Assembly (NCBI RefSeq): GCF_018977255.1
Contig: NW_024704743.1
Location: 111,230,001-111,294,000 of the forward strand
Reading direction: 5' to 3'
Length of the DNA: 64,000 bases
From: Callorhinchus milii
Lineage: Eukaryota
Shown: piece after piece, positions 13,928-27,340 of the stretch
Position numbering within the stretch: position 1 is the stretch's first letter
Layout: every line of letters begins with the position of its first letter
The notes under the pieces: model-generated
Told to the model about the DNA's origin: nothing
Seen by the model: only the letters and a program-made list of their open reading frames with translations
The model's database searches: none
Program-made: the position numbers and the translations under genes

Positions 13928-14122
13928 AAATGCAAAATACTGCAGATCCTGGAAATTTGAAACAAAAACAGATGTCATTGGGAACACTAAGCAGGTCAGG
14001 CAGCATCTACAGAGAAAAGAAAGTGAGCTGGGTTTTGACGAAGGGTTGTGGACCTGAAATGTTGACTTACTTTCCTTTCTCCATAGATGCTGCCTGACCT
14101 GCTGAGTGTTGTCAGCCACGTC
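13928..14122. mobile_element. Hairpin-shaped non-autonomous Penelope derivative with 14-bp TSD
   Basis: Two inverted PLE termini around a decayed hammerhead (TTGACGAAGGGTTGTGGACCTGAAATGTTGACT). ATATTTTGTTATCA occurs at 13914-13927 and 14123-14136. Confidence 0.7.
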
Positions 14123-16689
14123 ATATTTTGTTATCAGCCAGGTGTCTGACCTCATTTTCCAGACCTCACTGTTCCAAACCATGTTCCACTGAATGGAAAT
14201 ACTGATAGAGTCAATATACCCTTAAAATTAGTCATTAAAAAAATTTAGAGCTTCACTCATGAAATATAAAATATTGAATTTAGACCCGTGTTATATTATA
14301 TATAAAATACACAAATCGGAGCTCTGTTCCCTTTATTACAAAATGTAAAGGTGGGGCCATACCTTTTTATATCCTTTCTGTAGGAGATATTAGTGTGTAT
14401 TTCAAATTTATCATGTATGGAATTATTTATCTCCAGAGAATGTGATACAACATTGTGAGTGGTCTTCAGAGCCCTGTGAGGGAAGCCTTCAATGTGTTCA
14501 TGTGGACAAAAGGATGTGGAGCCTTTCTGACAATTTGCTCAAAGTCAGGAACAGGCCCTGTCAATAAAACAGCTGCCGCAAGGTCAGTGTGCACCAGGTA
14601 ATCTGAGCAAACCTTGGCATCCGTGAATCCTCGACTCCAGTCTGTCAGCAAAGCTCTAAAACTGGACTTCTGAGACTGTCATAGAGGGTTGGCTTGATTC
14701 TGGCATTCTGTTGCCAAGCATGTCAGCTTGGAGTTAGTTCAACTAGTCCAAGGAGACCTTGCTTATCTCCCCATGAAGGAGGACAGTCATGCGTTTTTCA
14801 TTAAAAATGGTTTAAGAAGGTGGGGCTTTTCTTTCATTTATCGTGGGAATTTATACCCAAATGTGAGAGTATGGTGAAAAAAAATGATGTCATTATCTTT
14901 AACCTGGGACTTGGGATGTCCTCCCAACTTGAAAGGTGCTATACAAATGTAATCTTATTGTTGTTAACAATTCAGCTAAATTAAATATAAGCAAAGCAAC
15001 CATAGATAGCTTTTGTAGTTTTGTTGTTAATTGTGGCCTGCAGGGCATTATTTAGGGAAATAATTATATTGAGGCTTTTTACAATATTTTCCATCGGTGA
15101 CATTTCCTGGAGCTCACTGTTCTTAAGCCACATTCTACTGAAGGGAAATATTGATAAAATCAGAATAACCACTTAAAATTAATAAAATAGTAAAGCGGTT
15201 TCTAATTGTCCCACTGACCTTTACTATAAAATAGTAACAATTGGAGCTTCGTTCATTTAATATCAGATATTGAGTATGGAGTCTTGTTCATATATTGTAC
15301 TTAAAATTCACAAATTTGAGAGCTACTTAAAACAGAATGCTAAGGTTGGGGTGTTGTGTGCCTTTTTTATATAAACAGATAGCCTTGTTGGAGATAAAAT
15401 CGTGTATTTCAACTTTACCACGAATGGAATTACTTATCTCTACCGAATGTGGCACAAAATTCTAAACAAAATTTTAAAAAAATAAGTACCACTTAGGCGA
15501 TTATACGATTTATAAAGATAAAACTTATGAAAGTTTTAGTAATTCCATGTACAGGTGAATCATAAACGTGAGGTGAAATCTTAAAAATGTTATTTTAAAA
15601 TGTTTTAATTTTTTACAGCATATTTTTACAGTACATTCTTTGAAGCACTTTGTGACGTCTCAAAGACGTGATAAGACACTATATCAAATGCAAGGATTAT
15701 TATTATTGTCATTAAAATTGAGCGGCCTTCAGAGGCCTGTAAGGGAAGCCTTCAGTGTGTCCATCCATGAAGAGAAGAGGATGTGAACGACTTTCTGGAC
15801 AACGTTCCCACTCAAAGTCAGTGGGCCAGTCAGAAACAGGCCATGTCAATACAACAGCTACTACCATAAGGTCAGTGAGGGCATCTGGGCACAATATAGA
15901 GAACCAATCTCCAGGGAAATCAGGCAGTGCCACCGTACAGTCAAATGCCTCCCACTCAACATCTAATCAGCAGGTGAACCAAGTTGCCAACCAATTAGAT
16001 GTGTGCACCTTTTCAGTCCTAGCCAATTTGCTGAGGGTTACATAGACTCCCGTGAACCCCAAGATGTATAAATGTGCGTCCGTCAATTCAGAAAGTCAGA
16101 CCACTGGAGTGACGCCCACGAGGAGAAGAAAAGAAAAGAAGGTGCTGAGAAGGGAATAAAAATCTATAACTTGTGTGAGAAAAGTAAAAGAGCTATAGCC
16201 TGACAGATGTTTCTGAGAAGACGAGAAGAAGAAGAAAAAGCAGTAAAGAGCTATAACTTGGGGGGGGTGAATGGTAAAGGAGCAATAACCCAGGGGGGAG
16301 TGGTCAAGCGCTCTGGGACTCTACCCTGCGTGAGGGGTGCTATAAAAATGCATATTGTTGTTGTAAAAGAGCAGAGGTTTCTGAGAAGAAGAGAAAACCA
16401 AGGAGGAGAGATGAGAATCTCCAGTGGCAGAACAAGAGTCAGTTAATTGCAGGTCAAGACGTAGTTTTTGAACATGGGGAGGGGGCAAATCAGAGAGACT
16501 GCAGGATGGAGTTGCACAGTAGGAAGAGACTCCGGGATGGAGTTACAGAGAGGGGTGGGGGTAGGTTTCTGAAAGGTCAGCTACTAATGGTGGGGTGGAT
16601 AGGTGGGAGAGGCACAAAGAGCTATAACCTTGCAGAAAGTTCATGTTAAGATTTAAGAGAAGAGACAGGATAAAAGATAGTTAACATCT

Positions 16690-18490
16690 CTCAAGGAGGG
16701 TTCAGTGCAGTTGCCGAGAGTCTGCTCCTTCTGTTGCTGATTTGATGTAGCTGCCAAAAGTCAGTGTCTATCTCAGGACATGTTCTGTGTAGCTGCACAA
16801 TCAGTGTTTGTCAGGTCCAGTGTTGTTGCCGAAGGTCAGTGTCAGGCTGTGCTGGATCAGTATTTCTGAACAATCTGTATCTGCCAAGGTTGGTGCAATT
16901 GTTGAGCCAGGCCAAGTTCAGTTCAGCTGCCGAGTGTCATCGTTGGTTCTGTGTAGTTGTTATGAGTTGATGGTCAGGCAGTGATAGACCAATGTAGCTG
17001 TCCAGAGTCAGTGTCTGCTTGGGATTGTTCATTGCAGTTGCTGAGAGTCAATGTCTGCCAGAACTGAATCAATGTCCGTCAATGCTGCTTTTCCAGCGCC
17101 TTGGGACATCCTCCTTACGTGAAAGGCACTATACAAATATAATTATGTTGTTGTTGTTTAATGTAGCTATTGAGAGTCAGCGTCTGCCTTGGGTGCTCAG
17201 TTTAGTTGCTGAGAGTCAATGAGTGCCGGGGCTGGTCCAATGCATTTGCTTGGAGTCAGTGTGTGCCTGGGCTTTTTCAGTGTGCTTGTTTAATCATTCT
17301 CTGACAGGGTTTGTTCAGTGTAATTGCTGTCAGTGTCAGCCAGGGCTGGTTTAGTGTAGCTACTGAAATGAGTATGTGTCAGGGTTGGACAATTAGAGTT
17401 TGTCAGGCCTGGTTCAGTGTAGCTGCCCAGAGTCAGTGTCTGCCAGGGTAGGTTCAGTGTTGTTCCAGAGTTAGGGTTTCCCAGGACAGATTCAGTGTAG
17501 CTGCAGAAAGTCAGTATCTGCCAGGGCTGGTTTAGCGTAGCTACTGAGATGAATGTGTGCCAGGGTTGGATTAGTGTGCTTGCACAATCATTGTCTGCCA
17601 GGGATTGTTCAGTGTAATTGCTGTCTGTGTCTGCCACAGCTGGTTCAGTGCAGCTGAGGATAGTATGGATCTGCTTAGGCTGTCACTGCGGTATAAGAGT
17701 AAGTGTCAGCCAGGGTTGGTTCAGTGGGGCTGTTTAGATGAGTGTGTGCCAGGGTTGGTTCAGTGGGGCTATTAAGATGAGTGTGTGCCAGGGGTGGTTC
17801 AGTGGGGCTATTGAGATGAGTGTGTGCCAGGGCTGGTTCAATTTGGCTGCACAATTAGTGTCTGCCAGGACTAGTTCAGTGTAGCTGCTCAGAGTCAGTG
17901 TGGTTCAGTGCTGGTTCAATTTCTGTCAGGGCTGGTTTAGTGTTGATAGTGTGCCAGAACTAGTTGAGTTTGCCTGCACAATTAGTGTCTATCATTGCTA
18001 GTTCAGCAAAATTGATGCCAGATTCTGCCAGACCTGGTTAAATGATTCTAGCGAGAGCCAATGTCTGATGGGGCTGGCTCAGTGTAGCTGCATAATCAGT
18101 ATCTGCCAGGGCTGTATTTGCCAAGAGTCAGTGTAGCCTGAGCTTTTTCAGCGTGCTTGTAAATCAGTGTCTGCCATGGTTTGTTCATTGTAATTGCTGA
18201 GAGTCATAGTCTGTTGGGGCTGGTTCATCGTAGCTGCTGAGAGGAGTGTGTGTCAGGGTTGGTTCAGTTTGGCTGTACAATTAGTGTCTGTCAGGCCTGG
18301 TTCAGTGTAGCTACCTAGAGTTAGTGTCTGCCAGGACAGGTTTAGTGTAGCTGCTGAGATGAGTGTCTGCCAGGGTTGGCCCAGTGCAGTGTATGGCAGG
18401 GCTGGTTATGTGTAGCTGCCGAGAATCAGTATCTGTAAGGGCAGGTTCAGTGCAGTTGCCAAGAAGCAGTGCCTATCAGGGCTGGTTCCA
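16690..18490. repeat. Degenerate 39-40-bp minisatellite, ~1.8 kb
   Basis: Consensus approximately ctgccagggctggttcagtgtagctgctgagagtcagtgt. An L2 tail is inserted at ~17093-17158. Confidence 0.88.
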
Positions 18491-18544
18491 GGGATCAAGG
18501 AAGATTGGCTTACAGTTTGGCTGCCAATGGTGGGATGTATAAAT

Positions 18545-19450
18545 CAGTGGACATGAAGCAAGCAACTGTTCACTGATGAAGGGAACCTAAATGGACTGAT
18601 GAAAGTTATCAGGTGAGGATGGCCCACAACAAGATGTGCCAGTGGTCAGAGTGTACTGGAATACAAAGGATTACTTTGATGCAGAAGGAAGAAAAAGGTA
18701 CAAAGGACTGAAGAAGTCTTCCAGCACCTTGGGACGTCCTCCCGACATGAAAGGCGCTATACAAATGTAATCTTGTATTGTAAGAAAATCATACCGGCAA
18801 AGAATACTGAGAGAAATTCACAGACGACTGTTGGCAAGAGAACCAATTTTCTGACTAGGGATGTACACACAAATACAGTATTTTGTTGAATCATATGATA
18901 TTTGCTTTTTGATGCAAAACAGAGGGAAAAAAGTAAACTGTAATCCATGACTACATACTGGAACAACACAGAGGAATGTCGAAATGTATTTACTCCACCA
19001 CAAAAGACTTTTTGTTTATGGCAGATTATATACCAAAATACAAAGAAGTACATTGAATGGGAATGACTGCACAGGCTGTGGTGGAAAAGGCAAAATAAAT
19101 GTTTGCAAGCCATGGCTTTCCGAAAACTGACCACAATTCATGTGCCAGAAGTTCGATATTTTGCAAAATGATACGACATCAAACATATAACGTTGCCACG
19201 ATATCCACTGAGCAACGTGTCTGCAGACAGAAATGTACAGACTGTGAAGAAAATGATAAGGATGGCACGTAAAGTGGACTGATGTACACTTGGCTTTATT
19301 AGCACATCAGAACATGCCAGGAGCAACCAAAAGAACCAGAAGGAAGTAATATTTCAAGAGAGCAAATTCATATCATGTGTTGATCACCTGATGAAACTGA
19401 ACAGAATCAGAGTGTAAAACATGTCCACTGACTGAGGTCGGGGAAGGTCC
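18545..19450 (+). mobile_element. Decayed Ty3/Gypsy pol (integrase) relic, interrupted by an L2 tail at ~18721-18781
   Basis: LMKVIR*GWP...DFLFMADY...MFASHGFP...YDIKHITLPRYPLSNVSADRNVQTVKKM resemble Gypsy integrase motifs (FARHGIP; HITSSPxYPQSNGxAERxVQTVK). Confidence 0.75.
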
Positions 19451-19640
19451 TGGGAGATGGATTGGAGAAAGTGTATTTGGAGTGAAATTGTATCAAATAA
19501 TTTGAATTACATTCACAATGTGTTATACTTTATTTCTCAAGGAATCACGTCCGAGGGACTCTGGGAAAGAGTTCCAGAAAGTGGGGTCAGAATGGCTGAA
19601 TGCTCAGCCACCAATGGAGAGGCAGATAGGGTGGGAGACA

Positions 19641-19963
19641 TAATAATAATAAATAATAATAATCCTTGCATTTGATATAGCGCTTTTCACGTCGGGAGGA
19701 CGTCCCAAAGCGCTTCACAGAACACACTGTAAAGTGAATTGACTGTATATTTGTGGGCGAACGCGGCAGCCAATTGCGCACAGCAATGTCCCACAAACAG
19801 TCGTAGATTGAAAATGACCAATTTATTATTGTTTTTGGTTTTGGAGGGATTATTATTAGGCGTGTGGAGTAAGGAAACTTGTTTAAGGTTACGTTTTGCC
19901 TGGAATTGATCTCAAGTCTCTCACTTGCAAAGCGAGTGCTCTAACCACTGAGCTACAGGACTC
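19641..19963 (-). mobile_element. SINE, full-length young copy
   Basis: Near-identical to 38271-38590. Confidence 0.9.
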
Positions 19964-22900
19964 TACGAAGCAGGACAGTGATCTCTGAGCAAAGTGAGTG
20001 ACTTTGTCAGTAAAGATGACTGAAAGCGTGGTAAAAGAGATCTGTGAACATTGAAACGATGCAAGTCGGAGGGACTCTGGGGTGAAGTTCCCAAGAGCGG
20101 GAGCAGATGGCTGAAAGCTCAGCCGCTAATAATGAGGCAGATGGCATAAAGCAGACCAGTGTGTGCTGAGCTAAAGGAGCAGTCTGGTAGATATAGGGTT
20201 GTTGGAGGTCGCAGAAGCAGAACGGGGCAAGGCCATTACAGAGTTCTGGATAGTCTAAAGCGTGTGTGGGAAAGAGCTGGGAAGTCCGATGAGCAGGGTA
20301 TTGGCATATTAAAGCTTGGATGTAATGAAAACGTGAATGAGTATGCTCATGAGGTGGGGTACTGGCAAAGGTGGGAGTGATCATCTCACAATAGAATTAA
20401 TAATAAATATAATCCTTGCATTTGATACAGTGCCTTATTGCGTCGTTGAGGCATCTCAAAACGCAACTGTAAAGTGCATTGACTCTACAATTTTTAACAT
20501 TAAAAATAATTAACTTTACAATTTTAAGCTAGGCGAACAAGAACTACTGCATTTGGTTCAAAAAAAACTGTAGCATGCAACAAACAGAAACCTGCTGAAC
20601 ACAATCATAGCAGGACTCAGAAAAAAAAGTTCTAATTTCATTAAATACTTAAAAAAGCAACCAGGAGGCACATGTTAATGGGGTGCTGGTGTGTGTAGAT
20701 TGCCAGGGTAATTATTAGCCCCAGAGGTTTCAAAGCTCCAACAGAACAAATGCCGGACTGAGATGGGAAAAGGAATACAAGATATTAGAAGCAAATAAAA
20801 CCGAAAAGATATGCAGTAAAATAATTACTGCTGTGTGGAATTGGCTGCCGTGTTTCGCCCACGAAATACAGTCAATCCACTTTACAATATATTCTGGGAA
20901 GTGCTTTGAGATGTCTATATCTCTATATAGAAGTGCTATATCAAATGCAAGGATTATTATAATTATATTATACATGTATATAAAAAATTCTGCCATGGTT
21001 AGAGCATGCTTTGCAAGTCAGCTCAAATTGGTTGTGATCTGGCTTTCAAAACACTTATGGCAATTAGTGTCTTTCAGATCAGTGCCAGAATGGGGAAATA
21101 AACTTTGGAAAAAAAGATTAATTTCGGTTGGATTTCATTATCATTCATTGTGAGTATTATATAGTTTATTTTACATTTAGGACATCAGGGTTCCGACTCG
21201 AGATATAACAGGGGTATTAAAGACCCCTCGGCACTACTCAAAGGGAGTTTCTCCCCAGTGTCCTGGACAACAATCCCCCAAACAAAATTGGTAATTTACT
21301 GCTTGACCGTTTGTGAAACATTACTGTTGCGAATTGGCAGCTGCATTCACCCACAAAATTCACAATCACTTTATATTACAGTAAATTCCTGTGAAGCATC
21401 TTGATGATGTGAAAAGTGCTGTATCATATGTAATGATTATTATTATTTATAGCAGTGGTTTTATAAGACTAAAAGTGGGTGAAGTTTCAGACTCTTTATT
21501 ACCTCTACTACCCAACCCTCTTTTAACCATACCTATTGATTGCATCGCTACAGCTTTCTGGGGCAGGGAGTTCCACATCTGTGTTTCCTTGTAGCTGTGA
21601 ATCTTGCCATTCTTGGTTTGCACAGCTTGTCTGTGTTGTCATTCATCTGCTTCTGCTCGGCAATTAGTTAAACCATTTGCATCATGTTTTCCTCATTAGC
21701 TGACATCCACAGTTGATTTTTTTACCCCCACCGCACACCAGCCAGTCTACCTGCTCCACATGTGGCCAAAGCATTTGGAGTGTGAAAAATAGGACATCTC
21801 ATTGCCCTTCACGAGTCATTTGAATTCATCCAAATAAATATCAGCTGGAATGCTAATGGTAATTTAAGAGTCAGTGAACAATATTGTTCCTTTTGATATA
21901 TTGCCAGTGATGTCAATATGTTACAAAGTACTTCACAGGATTTACTATAAAGTTTAGTGACTATTTTGTAGGTGAACACAGCAGCAAATTTGCGAGCAGC
22001 AAACAACAACAACAACAAGATTCCATTTATAAAGCAAAGTCCGAGAAAATGACCAATTATATCTGGGGTGGATTATTGGGCAGGAATTTCATTCTTTTTC
22101 TGCATTCCTCTGAACACTATACTGTTTTGAACAGTAGAGAAATTACTGATACAGATCCTGTGCATATATGTGTGGGGTGCTTAACACATGAACCGCTTTA
22201 GGAAACAATCATTCTGCTGCCTGGGTCCGAGAGAACTCTGATAAGTACTTGTTAGAGAGACATGATCTTTTTTAAAAAAAGTTTTCCAATTTTTAGAAAT
22301 GAATTTGCCAATATTTAATCTGTAGATGGTATATAGTTATATCAAAACTAGCTGGTTAGCTGCCCAAACTGCTAGACATTGCTCAGATAAATTGTCAAGC
22401 CATGTCACGTGCTTGATAAGCCAAAGTGTCAATCACGGCCCCAATCTAGCTGTAACATAACTTTTTTTTAATGAAGGCAGCTCCGAATTAAAATTCCACT
22501 TCTGATTCTGTGCACACGTCCAGAAAGCCACAGCTTCAAAATACAAATGTGTCCCTGTGAATGAAAAGCAGTCAAGCTGTTTCAATGCCTTTTATTTACA
22601 CTGGCTGGCACATGTCAAAACTTGAGCAATATGTTGAAAAGAGGAGGCACAGATTGAGGAACTGATCGAGCTGTGTACCCCTGTCTGCTATGGGGCTTGT
22701 AAATAACTGCAGGTTGCATTGCAGATTGTGGGAGGTACTGTTGGCCCACTTGCTCTGCATGTTGTCAATTGCACTTCGGTGGTTTGTAAGTACAGATAAA
22801 AAGCATTTAGCCACTCTAGCGTGGAGTCAAAAACAATAATTCTAATTTAGTGACAAAGTCTAAAATGCCAAGAAGTCAAACCCTGGGTCACAGCTCTATT

Positions 22901-24547
22901 CAGCTACAAGTTTCCATCTTTGCTTGGAAAATTAAACTTGTGCTTACGTAGTATTTTATCCCATCAAAGCCATCTCAAAAATCTTTTCACGAATCACAAG
23001 AAAACAAACATATAAGCCTTTTAATTAGGGTAGTGTTTGAGCGCTTTTTAAGAATCGGGTTGTATGCCAAGCAAGGTAAAGAGGGGAGGTGGATATAGGC
23101 ACATTCAAATCAGTAGGAGTCCGGTAACTTGCACACATCTCGCAAAACGTGAGGTCTGGGGTGATTCCCAGGTAGAGCGAAATGTTGGGCAAGTTTCCTT
23201 ACTCCACTCGCCTCTGTTTACTCCCAGTAAGTAGGAACCTGGTTGTTAGTCGCCTTTCAGCGGGTAATAATCCCTTCAGAAAAATTAATAATAAAGATAA
23301 TTTGGTCACTCAATCCACCATCGTTTGTGGGACACTGGAGTGTACAATTGGCTGGCGCATTTCTCCTACAAATATAGTCATTTCACTTTACAGTATATTC
23401 CGTGAAGGGCTTTGCGACGTCTAGAAGACATATATCAAAATGGAAAGATTATTATTATTTGAGGTAGGACATAAAAACAGATATACAGAATGAGATGGAA
23501 TGGCACAGGGAGGGAATTCCAGAGGAATTATTGTCAAATGTAAGGTCAACAACAACAACTTGCATTTGTATAGCATCCTTCATGCAGGGTAGGGCCTCTG
23601 AACGCTGCTCCCAGTGTCCTGGGTACTGCCTGTTTTGTTGACATATGTAAATGGTGGCAGCCATCTTGCACAAAAAAAGGTGTTAAACAGTCAACGACAA
23701 ATGACCAATTGGTAGAAAAGTTCTGGAAACATGGCGGTTTGTCGGCCAGGAGACTGGAAAAAATTCCCTTCTCTTTTCAAATGGTATCATGGGATCTCTA
23801 ATGCCCACATGTGAGTAAGCAGATAGACCTTCGGTTTAACGTCACAATTAAAATACATGCCAGCATGACAGCTCCTGCAACAACACAGAGCACCCCAGCA
23901 CAAGCTGGAGTGACAGTCAGCCTGATTGCAATGAGCTGTTTCGTTAAGAACTGTTTCGCCTACAAATATACGGTCAATTCACTTTACAGTCTATTCTGTG
24001 AAGCGCTTTGAGACGTCGAGAAGACGTGAAAAGTGCTATATCAAATGCAAGGATTATTATTATTACATTATAATGTGGGGCTTGAACCCCTCAATTCCTT
24101 TTGACTCAGAGACAAGAGTACTACAAACTGAGTCCAAGCTGGTAACTGCTGTTTGTTTTCGCTGCTCTGCGAATACAATCCACAGAAAGCCGAACATCCG
24201 CGATATTTGGTAAAACCTTTACTGTGGAACTGTTCAGCTTTCATTCCCATTGCTGGCAACAACCACAGGCTGCTTTGAGTACTCTGACATAGCAGATTGT
24301 GATTACGTCCAAGGTATTGTTCGAATGAGCGTGCACACAGTAGGCAGTGAGCAGCAGCGCACAGCACATGAAATTTAGGCAGAGAGCTGGTGTGAAAAGC
24401 AGATCAGTCTCCTCGCAGCCCAGCCCAGCATAGCTGTATGGGCACATTTATAACTGGGAATCTTACTCCCAGCCCCGAGAAATCTGCATTATACAAACCA
24501 GCAAATCAATAATTAGCCCATAGCCAAAAGATACAACCCAATTCATT

Positions 24548-24935
24548 AAACAAAAACAGAAGTCGCTGGGAACACTCAGCAGGTCAGGCAGCATCTATGG
24601 AGAAAGGAAAGTGAGTCAATGTTTCTGGTCCATGACCCTTCGTCAGAACTGGGGCATGTTGAGAGGGAGAGGCTTTTAAGGGCTAACAGAGAGGGAGGAG
24701 GCAGGGCAAGGAAGACAAAGAAGAAAATGAGGTAGAGGACAGGGGATGATGGGTTAAAGAGGTCTTAATGGTGCAAAACAAAGGGGGGGATTGCAACAAA
24801 ACAAGGAATAGAGGTGCTAATACTGCAGAACAAAGGGGTGGGTGGGAAAATTGCAACAAACCAGGCAAATCAGAGAGAGAAAAGGTGTGTCCTGGACCAA
24901 GATGATGTGGTAATGATCACAGAAGAGGAGGAGGG
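24548..24935 (-). mobile_element. Penelope-like element: inverted copy of its own 3' terminus placed at the 5' end
   Basis: Reverse complement of 27760-27850 plus 30235-30528. Contains a degenerate hammerhead core on the minus strand. Confidence 0.8.
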
Positions 24936-24959
24936 GGAACGTGAGTTGTGAATTTAGCC

Positions 24960-25776
24960 TCCATCCACCACCATCTTCCTCCATCTGGCTAAACTTGTTC
25001 TGACATTGAACAACTTCACCTCCAACTTCAACCACTTCCTCCAAGTGAAAGGTGTCTTTATGGGAACCAGCATGGGTCCCAGCTAAGCCTGCCTGTTTGT
25101 TGGCCAACTGGAACACTCTTTGTTCCGGGCCTACTCAGATCTGCTCCCTGACCTGTTCCTCAGGTACATTGACGACTGTATTGGAGCTGCTTTCTGCTCT
25201 CACAGTGAGCTGGAAAAATTCACCAATTTCGCTTCCAACTTCCACCCCTCCATAACATTCACATGGTCCATCTCCGACTCTTCCCTTCCCTTCCTCAACT
25301 TCACCATTTCCATCTCGGGGCATAGATTATCAACAGATATTTTTTTACAAGCCCACCAACTCCCACAGTTGCCTGGGCTACACCTCCTCCCACCCGACCT
25401 CCTGTAAAGACTCCATTCCCTTTTCCCAGTTCCTCCGCCTCCACCGCATCTACTCTGACGATGCCACCTCTCACGCCAGAAATGTCTTCCTTTTTCCTCA
25501 ACCAAGGATTCCCATCCACTGTGATGAACAGGGTCCTCGACCGTGTCCACCCTATTTCCCTTACCTCTGCCCTCACCCCTTCCCCCTCTTCCCAGAACCG
25601 TAATACGGTCCCCCTGGTCCTCACTTTCCACCCCACCAGCCTCAACATCCAAAAAATAATTCTCCGCCATTTCCAGCACCTCCAGCATGATCCAAACACT
25701 AAACATGTTTTTCCCTCATCCTCCCCTCTCAGCATTCCGAAGGGGCCTTTCCCTCCGTCACTCCCTGGTTCATTCC
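24960..25776 (+). mobile_element. Penelope-like element, reverse transcriptase/thumb region (frameshifted)
   Basis: LFLRYIDDCIGAA...FASNFHPSITFTWSISDSSLPFL...KPTNSHS.L.YTSSHP.SCKDSIPFSQFLRL are typical PLE RT motifs. Confidence 0.85.
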
Positions 25777-27340
25777 CCTGGTCCGGATGGCTTGCATCCC
25801 AGGGTTTTAAAAGAGGTAACTGATGAGATAGTGGAGGCCTTATGTCTGATCTTCCAAATTCCTTGGATTCTGGAACAGTCCCCATGGATTGGAAGATAGC
25901 AAATGTCACACCACTATTTAAATAAGGTGGAAAGGAAAAGATGGGAAATTATAGGTCAGTTAGTCTCACATCAGTGATAGGAAAAATTGTAGAATCATTG
26001 ATTAAGGATGTGGTAGTGCGGTATTTAGGGGAGCACAATATAATTAGGCCAAGTCAACATGGCTTTACAAAAGAGAAGTTATGGTTGACAAATCTCATAG
26101 AGTTTTTTGAGGATATTTCGAGTAAACTAAATAAGGGTGAATCAGTGGATGTGGTCTATTTGGATTTCCAGAAGGCATTCGATAAGGTACTGCATAAAAG
26201 GTTACTCCAAAAGATAAGAGCCCATGGAATTGGGGAGACCGTATTAACGTGGATTGGGGAATGGTTAACAGGTAGGAAACAAAGAGTAGGGATAAACGGG
26301 TCCTTTTCAGATTGGTGGAATGTGACTAGTGGAGTGCCACAAGGATCAGTCCTTGGGCCTCAGCTATTTACCATCTACATCAACGATCTAGATGAGGACA
26401 TTGAAGCTAATATATCTAAATTCACGGATGATACAAAACTAGGAGGAAGTGTCAACACAGAGGACGACATTAAAAAAATGCAGCGAGACATAGATAGGTT
26501 AGGTAATTGGGCAGGTAAGTGGCAGATGAAGTATAATATAGGGAAGTGCGAAGTCATCCACCTAGGTAGAAAAAACAGTAAAGCAGGTTTTTTTTAGAAG
26601 GGGAGAGATTGGAATGTGTTAGTGTCCAGAGGGACTTGGGTGTCCTTGTACACCAATCACAGAAAGTTAGTCTGCAGGTGCAGCAGCAATTAGGAAGGCG
26701 TTAGCATTCATTATGAATGGATTAGTGTATAAGAGTAGGGAAGTCTTGCTGCAACTGTATAGGGCCCTGCTGAGACCACACCTGGAATACTGTGTGCAGT
26801 TTTGGTCTCCTTATTTAAGGAAGGATGTACTTGCCTTGGAGAGGGTGCAGCGTAGATTTACTAGGTTAGTACCAGGGATGAAGGGGATGAGTTACGAGGA
26901 TAGGCTGACCAATTTGGGCCTATATTCTCTAGAATATAGAAGAATTAGAGGGGATCTTATAGAAACCTATAAGATCATCAAAGGGCATGATAGAGTAGAT
27001 AGTGGGAGATTGTTTCCCCTGGTTGGAGAAACTAAAACCAGGGGTCACAACCTTAAAATCAGAGGCCAGCCCTTTCGCACTGAGTTGAGGAAGAACTTCT
27101 TCACTCAAAGGGTGGTGAATGTATGGAACTCACTACCCCAAAGGGCTGTTGACGCTCAGTCCTTGAACATATTCAAGACTGAGATAGATAGATTTCTTAT
27201 TGCAAAAGGGATTAAGGGATATGGGGATAAGGCAGGGTTAGGTTATTAGCTGGAGTTAGATTAGAAGTTCAGCCATGATTGAATGGCGGGGCAGGCTCGA
27301 AAGGCCGAATGACCTACTCCTGCTCCTACATGTTATGTTA
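25777..27340 (+). mobile_element. CR1 LINE, 5'-truncated (RT domain to 3' tail), inserted in the PLE
   Basis: [65 protein letters not shown] and FFTQRVVNVWNSLP. Has a (tgtta)n tail and an ATTCC direct repeat at 25772-76 and 27341-45. Confidence 0.95.

Noticed and set aside
16690..18490. CRISPR-like array of ~40-bp repeats
   Set aside because: Units are contiguous and degenerate, with no unique spacers and no cas genes, in a eukaryotic context. It is a minisatellite.
25941..27249. 218-aa and 178-aa ORFs as host genes
   Set aside because: Frameshifted, 5'-truncated CR1 reverse transcriptase.
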